Origin: the human T2T-CHM13v2.0 reference genome, Homo sapiens
Assembly (NCBI RefSeq): GCF_009914755.1
Contig: NC_060930.1
Direction: 5' to 3' (one strand)
Length of the DNA: 64,000 nucleotides
Positions 63,566 through 64,000 of this stretch are shown one piece after another. Position 1 is the stretch's first letter. The number at the start of each line of letters is the position of its first letter. The position numbers and the translations under genes were made by a program. The notes under the pieces are model-generated. The model ran no database searches and was not told where the DNA came from. It worked only from the letters and a program-made list of their open reading frames with translations.

Positions 63566-64000
63566 TAGACATATCTTGTTTTATTGGGCTTTACTCTATT
63601 GGGCTTTACGGTAATTTTGGTTTCTGCAAATTGATGGTTTGTGGGAACTCTGAGTGGAGCAAGGCTATCAACACAATTTTTCCAATAACATATGCTCACT
63701 TCATGTCTCTGTGTCACATTTGGGTAGTTCTCACAATATTTCCAACTATTTCGTTGTTATCGTATCTGTTATGGTGATCTGTGATCAGTCATCTTTGATG
63801 TTTTGGGGGTGCCACAATTCACATCCATATAAGATGGAGAACTTAATCAATAATGTTATATGTGTTCCGACTGCTCAATTCACTGGCCATTCCCCCATCT
63901 CTCTCCCTTTCTTCCAGCCTCCCTATTCTTTCATACACAACAATATTGAAATTAGGCCAATTAGTAACCCTACAATGGCTTCTAAGTATTCAAGTGAAAG
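63566..64000 (+). mobile_element. Tigger1 5' part (runs off the window)
   Basis: agacatatcttgttttattg...atttttccaataacatatgctcacttcatgtctctgtgtcacattt...caatattgaaattaggccaat match recalled Tigger1. Confidence 0.85.

Overview
This is AT-rich, repeat-dense primate genomic DNA, almost certainly human because it contains an AluYd8 copy. It looks intergenic or deep intronic, and I found no host protein-coding exon. The dominant structure is two full-length (~6 kb), disabled L1PA2-type LINE-1 elements in inverted, head-to-head orientation (34885-40879 minus; 53747-59772 plus) around ~12.9 kb of unique DNA. Each has its own target-site duplication (TSD), so they inserted independently. They nevertheless share many non-consensus variants, including the same ORF2 frameshift. 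This points to gene conversion between the copies and to a candidate L1-mediated invertible segment. Both keep an open antisense ORF0, and their antisense promoters point convergently into the spacer. Other content: old L1M elements, Alus, MaLR/ERVL/ERV1 solo LTRs (one MLT2A LTR carries a ~1.4 kb VNTR with a 76-bp perfect palindrome), DNA transposon relics, an ancient CR1/L3 split by one L1, and a few enhancer-like motif clusters. Repeat subfamily names come from recalled consensus sequences, not a database search.
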